A model generated the notes under the pieces. That model searched no databases. It saw only the letters and a list, made by a program, of their open reading frames with translations, and was not told where the DNA came from. 64,000 bases of DNA, taken from the NCBI GenBank assembly GCA_945860705.1, contig CAMART010000001.1, positions 119,486 to 183,485 on the forward strand, given 5' to 3'. The DNA is from Chitinophaga pinensis (GTDB lineage: Bacteria > Bacteroidota > Bacteroidia > Chitinophagales > CAMDFR01). Below, piece by piece: positions 1-9,660 of the stretch (position 1 is the stretch's first letter; each line of letters opens with the position of its first letter). The translations under genes were made by a program, and so were the position numbers.

Positions 1-28
1 AGCATAAAATATATGTGTATAAGTAGTA

Positions 29-766
29 ATGAACGTATATAAAAAGATACAAGAAAATATTGCTTTGGGTAAAAAGCAACTAGCTGTTTTATTAGATCCT
101 GATAAGTTAGAATTAAATGAGCTTTTTCTTAAACAAATTCATCTTTTTGAATCAAATAATATTGATTTTTTCTTTGTGGGTGGCAGTATAGTAGAAGAAT
201 CTCATTTTAAAAACACCATAGAATTTTTATCAAAGCACTCTAAAACGCCTATCATTCTCTTTCCTGGCGCTCATTATCAAATACATAAAGAGGCAGATGC
301 AGTATTGTTTTTGTCACTTATTAGCGGCCGAAATCCTGAATACTTAATAGGTCAACAAGTGAAAGCGAGCAAAAGTATAGAACAAATACAGCTTGAAACC
401 ATAGCTACAGGATACATATTAGTAGATGGAGGAAGAATGAGTACTACTGCATATGTCACTCAAACCCAAGCCATCCCTCGCAATGAAATAGACATCTGCG
501 TATCAACTGCTTTAGCCGCTAAATTGATGGGTATGCAAGCTATTTATTTGGAAGCTGGTAGTGGCGCGCATTTTTCAGTTCCGACTAATATGATACGAGC
601 TGTAAAAAAAGAAGTGAAGCTACCGCTGATAGTAGGTGGAGGAATACGAAGTAAAGAAGATGCACAAACTATATTCGATGCAGGTGCAGACATTATTGTA
701 ATTGGTAATGCACTAGAAAAAAATCCCGAGTTGATTGGAGAAATATGTGATGTTTGTAAAAACTAA
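29..766 (+). CDS. Geranylgeranylglyceryl / heptaprenylglyceryl phosphate synthase family protein (PcrB/GGGPS-like)
   Basis: 245-aa ORF with 'LAVLLDPDK', 'FFFVGGS' and C-terminal 'LIVGGGIRS...AGADIIVIGNALE' phosphate-binding pattern typical of the GGGPS/PcrB TIM-barrel family. Confidence 0.75.
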   Translation: MNVYKKIQENIALGKKQLAVLLDPDKLELNELFLKQIHLFESNNIDFFFVGGSIVEESHFKNTIEFLSKHSKTPIILFPGAHYQIHKEADAVLFLSLISGRNPEYLIGQQVKASKSIEQIQLETIATGYILVDGGRMSTTAYVTQTQAIPRNEIDICVSTALAAKLMGMQAIYLEAGSGAHFSVPTNMIRAVKKEVKLPLIVGGGIRSKEDAQTIFDAGADIIVIGNALEKNPELIGEICDVCKN

Positions 767-771
767 AAAAA

Positions 772-1809
772 CTATATTCCTTTCTCCTTTTGATACAACT
801 CCCATCTCCAAGCAGAATCCATCATATCATCCAAAGTATATTTACAAGTCCATCCCAGTTCTTTATTAGCCAATGAAGAATCTGAATAAATAGCTACTAC
901 ATCACCGTCTCGAGCGTCACCCAATTCATAATTAAGTTTTTGCCCACTTACCTTTTCAAAAGAATGAATGGCTTCAAGCACGCTCACTCCTTCACCACTG
1001 CCTATATTAAAAGCAAAAAGATTTTGTGTAGTAGTATTATTGATTAAATATTGAAGTGCTTTGATATGTGCCACTGCAATATCACTCACATGTATATAAT
1101 CACGTATACAAGTTCCATCGCGTGTAGGCAACTCTTTGCCAAATACTTTCATAGGTGGCATTTTGCCTATTGCTGTTCGAGTGACAATAGGTACAACATT
1201 AAAATAATTTTTAGTAGGCATCTCACCAATCATACCTGAAATATGTGAACCAGCAGGGTTGAAATATCGAAGATTAATGGCTTTCATTTCTTTATAAACT
1301 CGTACAAAATCTTCCACTATTTTTTCGCCAATTTGTTTGGTATATGCATAAGGCGATTCTGCTTTGCCTATTGCTGTTTGTTCATTTACTGGAAGCAGTT
1401 CTATATTGCCATAAATAGAACAAGAAGATGAAAAAATAAAATGATTTATATGATGTTTTTTACAAGCCTCTAAAATATTAATCAACGATTCTAAATTATT
1501 ATGATAATATTTATTGGGAAAAACTGTAGACTCTTGTACATATTTATAAGCAGCAAAATGTATGATACCTATGATGTTTTTTTCTATTTCAAATACTTTA
1601 TCTAAAGCTGTATTATCACAAAGATCAATTGCGTAATTTTTTATTTTTACACCTGTAATATTTTCAATTAAATCAATAGCTAAGGGTTTTGAATTAGAAA
1701 AGTTATCTATAGAAATTATTTCGAAATTACCTTCATGAATCAATTCAATAATAGTATGCGAGCCGATATATCCTGCTCCTCCAGTTACTATTATTTTGTT
1801 TTTAGACAT
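772..1809 (-). CDS. galE: UDP-glucose 4-epimerase
   Basis: 345 aa; N-terminal Rossmann 'IIVTGGAGYIGSHT', 'YAYTKQ' (YxxxK) catalytic motif, length typical of GalE. Confidence 0.9.
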   Translation of the reverse strand: MSKNKIIVTGGAGYIGSHTIIELIHEGNFEIISIDNFSNSKPLAIDLIENITGVKIKNYAIDLCDNTALDKVFEIEKNIIGIIHFAAYKYVQESTVFPNKYYHNNLESLINILEACKKHHINHFIFSSSCSIYGNIELLPVNEQTAIGKAESPYAYTKQIGEKIVEDFVRVYKEMKAINLRYFNPAGSHISGMIGEMPTKNYFNVVPIVTRTAIGKMPPMKVFGKELPTRDGTCIRDYIHVSDIAVAHIKALQYLINNTTTQNLFAFNIGSGEGVSVLEAIHSFEKVSGQKLNYELGDARDGDVVAIYSDSSLANKELGWTCKYTLDDMMDSAWRWELYQKEKGI

Positions 1810-1811
1810 GA

Positions 1812-3812
1812 TTAATAATTCAATAATTTTTCGATTGCTACTTTGAATCTTTCTTTTGGAAGGAAATTATTTTCAAGTGGAATTGCAAATGGTACAGGTG
1901 TATCTAAACTAGCTATACGTACTATAGGAGCATCTAGTTTATCAAATAAATGCTCACTAATATATGCACTGATTTCTCCACCAATGCCACTAGTTAAAGT
2001 ATCTTCATGTAGAATAATGACTTTACCTGTTTTAGCTACAGAAGCTTTTATAGTCTCCCAATCAAGTGGCAATAGCGTTCTTAAATCTATAATATCTGCA
2101 TCTATATTCAGTTCTTTCACCGTATCCATAGCCCAATGTACGCCAGCTCCATAAGTAATCACCGTAAGTTCTTCACCTGCTCTAGCTACTTTTGCTTTGC
2201 CTATTTCTATTGTGTAATATGCATCTGGAATTTCTTCTTGTATACTTCTATAAAGTGCTTTATGCTCAAAAAACATAACAGGATTTGGGTCATTTATTGC
2301 AGCTGCTAATAAGCCTTTTGCATCATATACAGATGAAGGATATACCACTTTCAAACCCGGTACTTTAGTAAACCAAGCTTCATTGCTTTGAGAGTGAAAT
2401 GGTCCTGCACCCACACCAGCACCAGTAGGCATACGAACTACCACATCTGCATTTTGTCCCCAACGATAGTAACTCTTTGCAAGATTATTTACTATAGCAT
2501 TGAATCCAGTACTTACAAAATCTGCAAACTGCATTTCTATAACTGATTTCATTCCTTTGATACTCATACCAAGTCCTGCACTGAGTATCCCACTTTCACA
2601 TAATGGAGTATTACGTACTCTATCTTTGCCAAACTGCTCTACAAATCCTTCAGTAATTTTAAAAACTCCACCATACTCAGCCACATCTTGACCCATAATC
2701 ACTAGGTTTGGATGGCGTTCCATACTTTGTCTGAGCCCATCACTAATTCCATCTACTAAACGTTTCTCTGTTTTTGGTGTATCAAGAGGCAATTCTATAT
2801 TTTCTGGTATGTATGGAGCATAGATATCTGCACATTCTTCCGCAGTATCTGCTGTGATTTCAGGAGCTGCAAAAGTGATATCTAGCGCTCTATCTATTTC
2901 TTCTTGTATATTAAATTTTACTTTGAAAATAAAGCCTTCATCTATCAAGCCGATTTCTTTTAAATAATTTTCATAGTTGCTTACTGGATCTTTTTTACCC
3001 CATATATCAAATAGTTCTTGAGGTACATATTTAGTGCCACTTGCTTCTTCATGTCCACGCATTCTAAAAGTCATACACTCTATCAAAACAGGGAATGGTT
3101 TTTCGCGCATTTGTTGAGCAAGTTCTGATATTGTATGATATACTTCTAAGATATTATTTCCATCAATAGTGAGCGATTTCATTCCGTATCCTGCACCACG
3201 AGAGGCTAACTGCTCACAACGATATTGTTCGTTTACTGGAGTAGAAAGACCATAGCCATTATTTTCTATAATAAAAATCGTAGGCAATTCCCACACAGCA
3301 GCAATGTTGAGTGCTTCATGAAAGTCCCCCTGACTAGTACCGCCATCACCCGTAAAAGTGACACTTACTTTTTTTTCTTTTTTAAGTTTATATGCTAGTG
3401 AAATTCCATTCGCTAAACATAATTGAGGACCTAGGTGCGAAATCATCCCTACTATATGATGTTCGTTTGAGCCAAAGTGAAAAGAGCGTTCTCTACCTTT
3501 AGAAAAACCTTCTTTTTTTCCTTGCCATTGCATAAATAATTTTGCAAGAGGCATTTTGCGTGTAGTAAATATTCCTAAATTTCTATGCAAAGGCATTATG
3601 TATTCATCACTTTCGAGTGCCATTCCTATACCTACAGATATAGCTTCTTGTCCAATACCACTAAACCATTTACTTACTTTGCCTTGACGTAAAAGCTTCA
3701 GCATTTTTTCTTCAATGATTCTAGGTTTTACTAATGCTCTATATAGATTTTTTAATTGGTCGTCGGTAAGATTTTTTCTATCAAAATTCATTTCAATTCT
3801 CTTTGCTATCAA
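1812..3812 (-). CDS. Fused alpha/beta E1 component of a 2-oxoacid (alpha-ketoacid) dehydrogenase
   Basis: 666 aa. The N-terminal half has a TPP-binding E1-alpha pattern ('GDGGTSQGDFHEALN'). The C-terminal half is transketolase-like E1-beta ('VRNTPLCESGI', 'FADFV'). Confidence 0.85.
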   Translation of the reverse strand: MIAKRIEMNFDRKNLTDDQLKNLYRALVKPRIIEEKMLKLLRQGKVSKWFSGIGQEAISVGIGMALESDEYIMPLHRNLGIFTTRKMPLAKLFMQWQGKKEGFSKGRERSFHFGSNEHHIVGMISHLGPQLCLANGISLAYKLKKEKKVSVTFTGDGGTSQGDFHEALNIAAVWELPTIFIIENNGYGLSTPVNEQYRCEQLASRGAGYGMKSLTIDGNNILEVYHTISELAQQMREKPFPVLIECMTFRMRGHEEASGTKYVPQELFDIWGKKDPVSNYENYLKEIGLIDEGFIFKVKFNIQEEIDRALDITFAAPEITADTAEECADIYAPYIPENIELPLDTPKTEKRLVDGISDGLRQSMERHPNLVIMGQDVAEYGGVFKITEGFVEQFGKDRVRNTPLCESGILSAGLGMSIKGMKSVIEMQFADFVSTGFNAIVNNLAKSYYRWGQNADVVVRMPTGAGVGAGPFHSQSNEAWFTKVPGLKVVYPSSVYDAKGLLAAAINDPNPVMFFEHKALYRSIQEEIPDAYYTIEIGKAKVARAGEELTVITYGAGVHWAMDTVKELNIDADIIDLRTLLPLDWETIKASVAKTGKVIILHEDTLTSGIGGEISAYISEHLFDKLDAPIVRIASLDTPVPFAIPLENNFLPKERFKVAIEKLLNY

Positions 3813-3916
3813 TAATAAAACACAAAGATAAACTTATCATTTGTAATGTATAAAAACAATTCGCTTTTTGATAATAAAACATTTATTAATATTGCTTATT
3901 ATTAAATATATAAATC

Positions 3917-4465
3917 ATGAGTGAAGAAAACGAATTAGCATTAGGTATAGGCTCTACAGTGATACATCCTAGTTTTGGAAAAGGTGTAGTAGTGGCTGAC
4001 AATGGAGCAAGCCTAAAAATCTATTTTTTGGATATAGATAAAGCAAAAGACTTAGACAAATCGTTTGACAAACTAGATATAGTGACAAGTACTACACCAC
4101 AAATGGCTCCTATATATTTGAAAGATATAGAAAAACTATTTGTAGAAGTTATCTTTAAATATTTGGAACCTCCGATACAAATACCCATGGGCAACAAATG
4201 GCTCAATGGCAAGCTAAATCTAATACCTGGCGACCCAAGTATGCAAAGTAAAGAAATACCGATAGAACAGTTTTTCAATAAAATAATCATGCTTAGAGAT
4301 AGGCTGCGTGTGCTGGAGCAAAATATAAACACTCATCCAAAGCTAGACCATGAAGATAGAATACATCTTCAACAATATATTACTCGAATTTATGGTTCGC
4401 TTACTACGTTCAATATTTTATTTAAAGAAAAGGAACATCAATTTAAAGGAGCCGGAGGCGAATAG
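3917..4465 (+). CDS. Hypothetical protein (N-terminal Tudor-like 'GxxVxHxxFGxGxVV' segment)
   Basis: 182-aa ORF with clean intergenic context; 'GSTVIHPSFGKGVVV' resembles the small beta domain at the C-terminus of UvrD/PcrA-type proteins; the rest is unrecognised. Confidence 0.45.
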   Translation: MSEENELALGIGSTVIHPSFGKGVVVADNGASLKIYFLDIDKAKDLDKSFDKLDIVTSTTPQMAPIYLKDIEKLFVEVIFKYLEPPIQIPMGNKWLNGKLNLIPGDPSMQSKEIPIEQFFNKIIMLRDRLRVLEQNINTHPKLDHEDRIHLQQYITRIYGSLTTFNILFKEKEHQFKGAGGE

Positions 4466-4467
4466 TA

Positions 4468-4833
4468 TTATAAATAACTTATAAAACTAAAAAAGGATTT
4501 TTCGTTTAAATAGTTACTGTTTTTTTCATTTGCGTAAGCTTCTTTTTCAAAAGAAATATTCATGTATGCGTCATAGTGATTCATGCCTTTTATTCTATAA
4601 AACATATATTCCAAAACATATATCATATAGAAAGAAACAATCAGTAACTCTATCTGCTGTCTCAAATGTATTTTTTCATGAAAAATGGTGTGTCTATCTT
4701 CTAGCAAACACTTATTACTTAGCAATATAAATGGATATAGCGCAATAGCACTTGCAAAATTGAAGGTAATTAGCCTCACTAACTTTTTACTAACGATAAT
4801 CATACTATGTAAAGCTATCAATAAACATTCCAT
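4468..4833 (-). CDS. Hypothetical small membrane protein with HExxH motif
   Basis: 121-aa ORF, hydrophobic segments, 'FHEKIHLRQQ' (HExxH); start codon uncertain. Confidence 0.4.
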   Translation of the reverse strand: MECLLIALHSMIIVSKKLVRLITFNFASAIALYPFILLSNKCLLEDRHTIFHEKIHLRQQIELLIVSFYMIYVLEYMFYRIKGMNHYDAYMNISFEKEAYANEKNSNYLNEKSFFSFISYL

Positions 4834-4896
4834 TATTTACAAACATAAGTGTTACTAATTTTTTTAGTTTTTGCTAAATATTTTAGTTAATATTGT

Positions 4897-6207
4897 GTGA
4901 TGTATAATGAAAACACAATAAAAGCAAACTTAAAAGCTACTGTGCTATTTGTAGATATGAATAGTTTTTTTGCTAGTTGCGAACAGCAAACTAATTATTG
5001 GCTACGTGGTAGACCTGTGGCTGTTTGTGTATATACGGGTAAGAACGGAGCTATAATTGCACCTAGTATAGAAGCAAAAAAAATGGGTGTGAAAATGGGA
5101 TTGCGACTGGAAGAAGCCATGCAAATATGTCCTGAATTAGTGCCACTAGAAACTCATCCTGCGCGCTATAGAGATTTTCATGTAAAACTCATCAATGTGC
5201 TCAAAAAATATAGCCAAGATGTGATACCTAGAAGTATAGATGAGGCTGTAGTAGACTTGACCAACTATCAGCTGATATATAAAGACATGACTCAAGTAGC
5301 TATGGATATAAAAAGAGATATAAAAAACGAAGTGGGCGATTGGCTCAAATGCTCTATAGGTATAGCACCTAATGCATTTCTAGCAAAGCTAGCTAGCGAT
5401 ATGCAAAAACCAGATGGACTCACCATCATCACTCCTGAAAACATAGATGAAAAACTAAAAAACATGCCGATTACTGACTTGCCTGGTATAGCATCTGGTA
5501 TGGCTGAGCGACTTCGTGTAGCAGGTATCACTACACCGCTCCAACTGCGATATGCTACTCCCGAATACCTAAAAAGCGCCTGCAAAAGCATCATAGGACT
5601 GCATTGGCACTATAGGCTCAACTTTGGAGAGATGGATATGCAAGCCCAAGGATACAAAAGTATGCAAGCTATGCGCCAGGTATCTCGTGACCAAAGAAAA
5701 AAAGTGAGTGTGCTGGAAGATATATTTTTATCACTTTGTATGACACTAGAAAAACGAATGGTAAAAAATAATGTGTTTGCAAAAAAACTAGGCGTGACTA
5801 TACGGTATGAAGATGGGTTTACCTATGAGGACAATATACGTACAGCTATGCCTCAACAAGATGGAATAAAAATGATTCAAATATTTAGAAATAGAATGCA
5901 GCACTATGTAGATAAAAACAGGTGCGAAGCAGTGATAAATAAAAGAGTCACCTCTATGGGTGTATTAGTTACAGACTTTTTGCCTACAGAATTGGTACAG
6001 TATGATTTATTTGAAAACAATGTGCGTATAGACACTATGCGCAAAGCATTGTATGAAGTAAAAGACAAACATGGTAAAGACAAAATCATGCGTGCTAGTG
6101 AACTACACGATGAACCAGTGCTCAAAGATGTAATAGGTTTTGGCTCTGTAAAAGACATCTATGAAGGAGATGACGACACCAAAAGTCCCTTTAGTATACA
6201 GTTTTAA
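4897..6207 (+). CDS. dinB: Y-family DNA polymerase (DNA polymerase IV-like)
   Basis: 436 aa; 'VLFVDMNSFFASCEQ' catalytic Asp motif, 'SIDEAVVDLT', 'CSIGIAPNAFLAKLASDMQKPDG'; longer C-terminus than typical DinB. Confidence 0.85.
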   Translation: MMYNENTIKANLKATVLFVDMNSFFASCEQQTNYWLRGRPVAVCVYTGKNGAIIAPSIEAKKMGVKMGLRLEEAMQICPELVPLETHPARYRDFHVKLINVLKKYSQDVIPRSIDEAVVDLTNYQLIYKDMTQVAMDIKRDIKNEVGDWLKCSIGIAPNAFLAKLASDMQKPDGLTIITPENIDEKLKNMPITDLPGIASGMAERLRVAGITTPLQLRYATPEYLKSACKSIIGLHWHYRLNFGEMDMQAQGYKSMQAMRQVSRDQRKKVSVLEDIFLSLCMTLEKRMVKNNVFAKKLGVTIRYEDGFTYEDNIRTAMPQQDGIKMIQIFRNRMQHYVDKNRCEAVINKRVTSMGVLVTDFLPTELVQYDLFENNVRIDTMRKALYEVKDKHGKDKIMRASELHDEPVLKDVIGFGSVKDIYEGDDDTKSPFSIQF

Positions 6208-6343
6208 TATGTTGTTTTGTGTGTTTCAACAAACATTTAGTATCTTGCAAACCAAATTATATTGGTTATTGGTTAGCTCAAGTTAAACAGTATTCAAATA
6301 TATATTGAATAGGATTACAAAAACTAAAAAAAGAAGTTAATCG

Positions 6344-7099
6344 ATGGACAAACAGATAGAAACTACCAAAAACTTTTTTGATAATATTTCATCTAATTAT
6401 AAAACAAAATATAAGACCAAAAACGCCTTTCACTATTATTTTTTTATACAAAGATTAATAAAAAGTACAGAAGGATTTGATTTTAAAAATAAAACAATTC
6501 TTGACATAGGTAGTGGAACAGGTGATTTATATGATTTTATATACAAAGACAATAAAGATATAAATTATTTTGCTACAGATATTTCATCGGGTATGCTTTC
6601 AGAAAGTAATGTTCCAAATGAAAATAAATATGTGGGGCATTGTTATGATATAAATTTCCCAGTTAAAAAATTTGATTATGTTTTTTTACTAGGAGTGACT
6701 ACATATATGGAGCCTGTTGAGTTAAATAAAAGCATAGACTTCATTAAATCTATACTCAAAGAAGATGGCACACTAATTATGACCTTTACAAATTCTTCAT
6801 CAATAGACAGTATAATCAGAAGTATAACTAAGCCCATCTATAAATTATTTGCAAATAAAAAAAATGTATTAGCTCAAGACTTTGTAATACAGATGTATAA
6901 TACCACTAATGCAAAAAATTTATTCAATGGTAAAATGAATGTTGAACGAGTGTCTTTTTTAAATCAAACTATTTTTCCATTTAATCTATTGATGAAAAAA
7001 ATGAGTGTTTGGTTTGCAGACAAACTTGAAAAAATATTAAAGAATTCTTCCTTATTAAATTATTTTAGTTCTGACTTTATTTTGTTTGTAAAAAAATAA
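6344..7099 (+). CDS. Class I SAM-dependent methyltransferase
   Basis: 251 aa; motif I 'ILDIGSGTGDL'. Confidence 0.7.
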   Translation: MDKQIETTKNFFDNISSNYKTKYKTKNAFHYYFFIQRLIKSTEGFDFKNKTILDIGSGTGDLYDFIYKDNKDINYFATDISSGMLSESNVPNENKYVGHCYDINFPVKKFDYVFLLGVTTYMEPVELNKSIDFIKSILKEDGTLIMTFTNSSSIDSIIRSITKPIYKLFANKKNVLAQDFVIQMYNTTNAKNLFNGKMNVERVSFLNQTIFPFNLLMKKMSVWFADKLEKILKNSSLLNYFSSDFILFVKK

Positions 7100-7106
7100 A
7101 TAATCT

Positions 7107-8294
7107 ATGCCTAAAATTCTGCGTATCATCAATAGATTGAATCTGGGTGGGCCTACACACAATGTAGCTTTTCTCACAACATATTTACCAAGCGAATACG
7201 AAACGCTTCTACTGTCTGGTCAGATAGATAGTACGGAAGCAAGTAGTGAGTTTTTAGTAAAAGAATTGGATCTCACGCCAAAATACATAGATAACATGCA
7301 AAGGGAGTTGAACCCTTTTAATGATAGACACGCTTACCTACAAATAAAAAAAATAATTAAAGAATTCAAACCCGATATAGTACATACACATGCTGCTAAA
7401 GCCGGAGCTGTAGGTAGACTTGCCGCTGCACATTGCAATGTACCGGTGATAGTACACACATTTCATGGCCATGTATTTCATTCGTATTTTGGTGCGTTGA
7501 AGACTCGAATATTTTTAGAGATAGAAAGATATTTAGCTAAGAAGTCTACAGCTATTATTGCAATAAGCGATATACAAAAAAACGAATTAGCAGATACTTT
7601 TAAAATAGCTCCTGCAGAAAAATTTCATGTAGTAAATCTTGGTTTTGATTTAGAAAAATTTAATACCAATAAGCAAGAAAAAAGAAATACTTTTAGAAAA
7701 AAATGGAAACTAGACTATGATGAGATAGCTATAGGCATAGTAGGTAGACTCGTTCCTATAAAAAACCATAGTATGTTTTTGGATGCTATGAAAACAGTAT
7801 TAGATAAGACTACTAAAAAAGTAAAAATACTTTTAATTGGTGATGGCGAAAGTAGAAATGAAATAGAAGAAAAAATAAAAGCACTAAATATTTCATACAC
7901 GGATGATAAAGTAATAGACGAAAATGCAAAAATAATTTTTTGCTCTTGGATTAAAGATGTAGATGTAGCTTATGAAGGTCTTGATATAGTAGCACTCAGT
8001 TCGCTCAATGAAGGTACGCCTGTAAGCTTAATAGAAGCTCAGGCATCAGGCACACCAATTATTACCACTAATGTTGGGGGCATCAAAGATGTGGTCTTAG
8101 AAAACCAAACTGCTTTTGTAGTGGAGAGTAATGATACTAATGGATTTGCAATGAAAACTCTTGAGCTTGTAGAAAATGATGAACTTCGAAAAGATTTTTC
8201 TAAACGAGGTTATAATCATGTGATAGAAAAGTTTTCATATCAGAGACTTTGTAGAGATGTAGACCAACTATATAAAAAACTCTTGAGTAAATAA
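7107..8294 (+). CDS. Glycosyltransferase, GT4/GT1 family
   Basis: 395 aa; N-terminal 'LGGPTHNV', C-terminal 'SLNEGTPVSLIEAQASGTPIITTNVGG' (EX7E-type GT-B signature). Confidence 0.8.
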   Translation: MPKILRIINRLNLGGPTHNVAFLTTYLPSEYETLLLSGQIDSTEASSEFLVKELDLTPKYIDNMQRELNPFNDRHAYLQIKKIIKEFKPDIVHTHAAKAGAVGRLAAAHCNVPVIVHTFHGHVFHSYFGALKTRIFLEIERYLAKKSTAIIAISDIQKNELADTFKIAPAEKFHVVNLGFDLEKFNTNKQEKRNTFRKKWKLDYDEIAIGIVGRLVPIKNHSMFLDAMKTVLDKTTKKVKILLIGDGESRNEIEEKIKALNISYTDDKVIDENAKIIFCSWIKDVDVAYEGLDIVALSSLNEGTPVSLIEAQASGTPIITTNVGGIKDVVLENQTAFVVESNDTNGFAMKTLELVENDELRKDFSKRGYNHVIEKFSYQRLCRDVDQLYKKLLSK

Positions 8295-8301
8295 ATATAT
8301 A

Positions 8302-8937
8302 TTGAATAACTTTTTTAAGGATTTATTTCAAGAAAAAATTCCTTATCCTTTTTATATTAAAAATAGGGAGGATGTTGTTTTTATACATATTACCAAAAAC
8401 GCTGGCACAAGCCTCACACGGTGTTTTGATTTTAATCCTGTAATAGAAACAAAAAATCTTCTAAAGCATTATACTGCATCAAATATCTTGGAACTAATTG
8501 GACAAAAAAAATGGGAGGAAGCATATAAATTTACTATTGTAAGAAACCCGTGGGATAGAATGTTATCTTATTATTTTTTTAGAAAATCAAAACAGAAAAA
8601 AGAATTTCTGACACATGATTTTACGTTTGAGCAATGGCTTATTTATCTAGATGATAACAAGCTACTTGGTGACCAGAAGCAACTAGGTAGATTGCAATTT
8701 GATTGGATGTCTATAGATGGAGTTAATATTGATTTAAATCAAATATTACGATTTGAAAATCTAAATGAAGACATAAAATTACTAGCAAAAAATATTGATG
8801 TAGTCGATTATACATTTGAAAAAATAAACGCAAGCGATAGAGATTCAGATTATAAGTTTTACTACAACAAAAATACAAAATCGATAATCGAAAAAAACTA
8901 TGAAAAAGATATCGATTATTTCAAGTATGTATTTTAA
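8302..8937 (+). CDS. Sulfotransferase family protein
   Basis: 211 aa; 'FIHITKNAGTSL' matches the 5'-PSB loop of sulfotransferase family 2, plus 'RNPWDRMLSYY'; non-ATG (TTG) start as given by the track. Confidence 0.65.
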   Translation: MNNFFKDLFQEKIPYPFYIKNREDVVFIHITKNAGTSLTRCFDFNPVIETKNLLKHYTASNILELIGQKKWEEAYKFTIVRNPWDRMLSYYFFRKSKQKKEFLTHDFTFEQWLIYLDDNKLLGDQKQLGRLQFDWMSIDGVNIDLNQILRFENLNEDIKLLAKNIDVVDYTFEKINASDRDSDYKFYYNKNTKSIIEKNYEKDIDYFKYVF

Positions 8938-8941
8938 CTCG

Positions 8942-9634
8942 TTATAGCATATGTTCATCAGCAAAGCTATAATAACCTTTGCTTGATATTATCAAATGGT
9001 CTAACAAATGTATATCTAAGGAACTCGCCGCTTCTTTTAATTTCTTTGTGAGTTTTTTATCTTCATCACTTGGTGTAAGATTTCCTGACGGATGATTGTG
9101 TATTAGCACTATAGATGTACTCAATAATTCCAATGCTCTCTTCATTAATAATCTTGTATCTACTACTGTGCCAGTGATTCCGCCACTACTCATTTGTTCG
9201 CGTGCAAGCACTTTATTAGCTCTATTTAAAAACAATACCCAAAACTCTTCATGTGGCAAATCAGCCATATATCCTGAAAAAAATTGATAAGTATCTCTAC
9301 TTGAATTGATTTTGATTTTATCTTTTACTTGACTTTGATTTCGTCTATGTGCAAGTTCAAGTGTAGCTACAATAGTTATCGCTTTTGCTTCGCCTACACC
9401 TTTATATTTCATCAGGTCAGTGATGGTAGCTTTTGATAACTCTGCTAAATTATTTTCATAATCTTTAAGTATTCTTTGGCATAATGCAACTGCTGTTTCG
9501 TTTTTATTTCCAGAACCTATCATGATAGCTAATAGTTCAGCATCAGACAAACTGCTTTTTCCTTTTAGCATTAACTTTTCTCGAGGTCTATCCTCTTCTG
9601 CCCAAGCTTTGATATTTAACTTATCTTCACTCAA
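8942..9634 (-). CDS. radC: RadC-family JAB-domain protein
   Basis: 230 aa; helix-hairpin-helix 'LMKYKGVGEAKA' and JAMM motif 'LIHNHPSGNLTPSDED'. Confidence 0.85.
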   Translation of the reverse strand: MSEDKLNIKAWAEEDRPREKLMLKGKSSLSDAELLAIMIGSGNKNETAVALCQRILKDYENNLAELSKATITDLMKYKGVGEAKAITIVATLELAHRRNQSQVKDKIKINSSRDTYQFFSGYMADLPHEEFWVLFLNRANKVLAREQMSSGGITGTVVDTRLLMKRALELLSTSIVLIHNHPSGNLTPSDEDKKLTKKLKEAASSLDIHLLDHLIISSKGYYSFADEHML

Positions 9635-9660
9635 TTTTTTATAAAAGTGTATTTTAAAAA

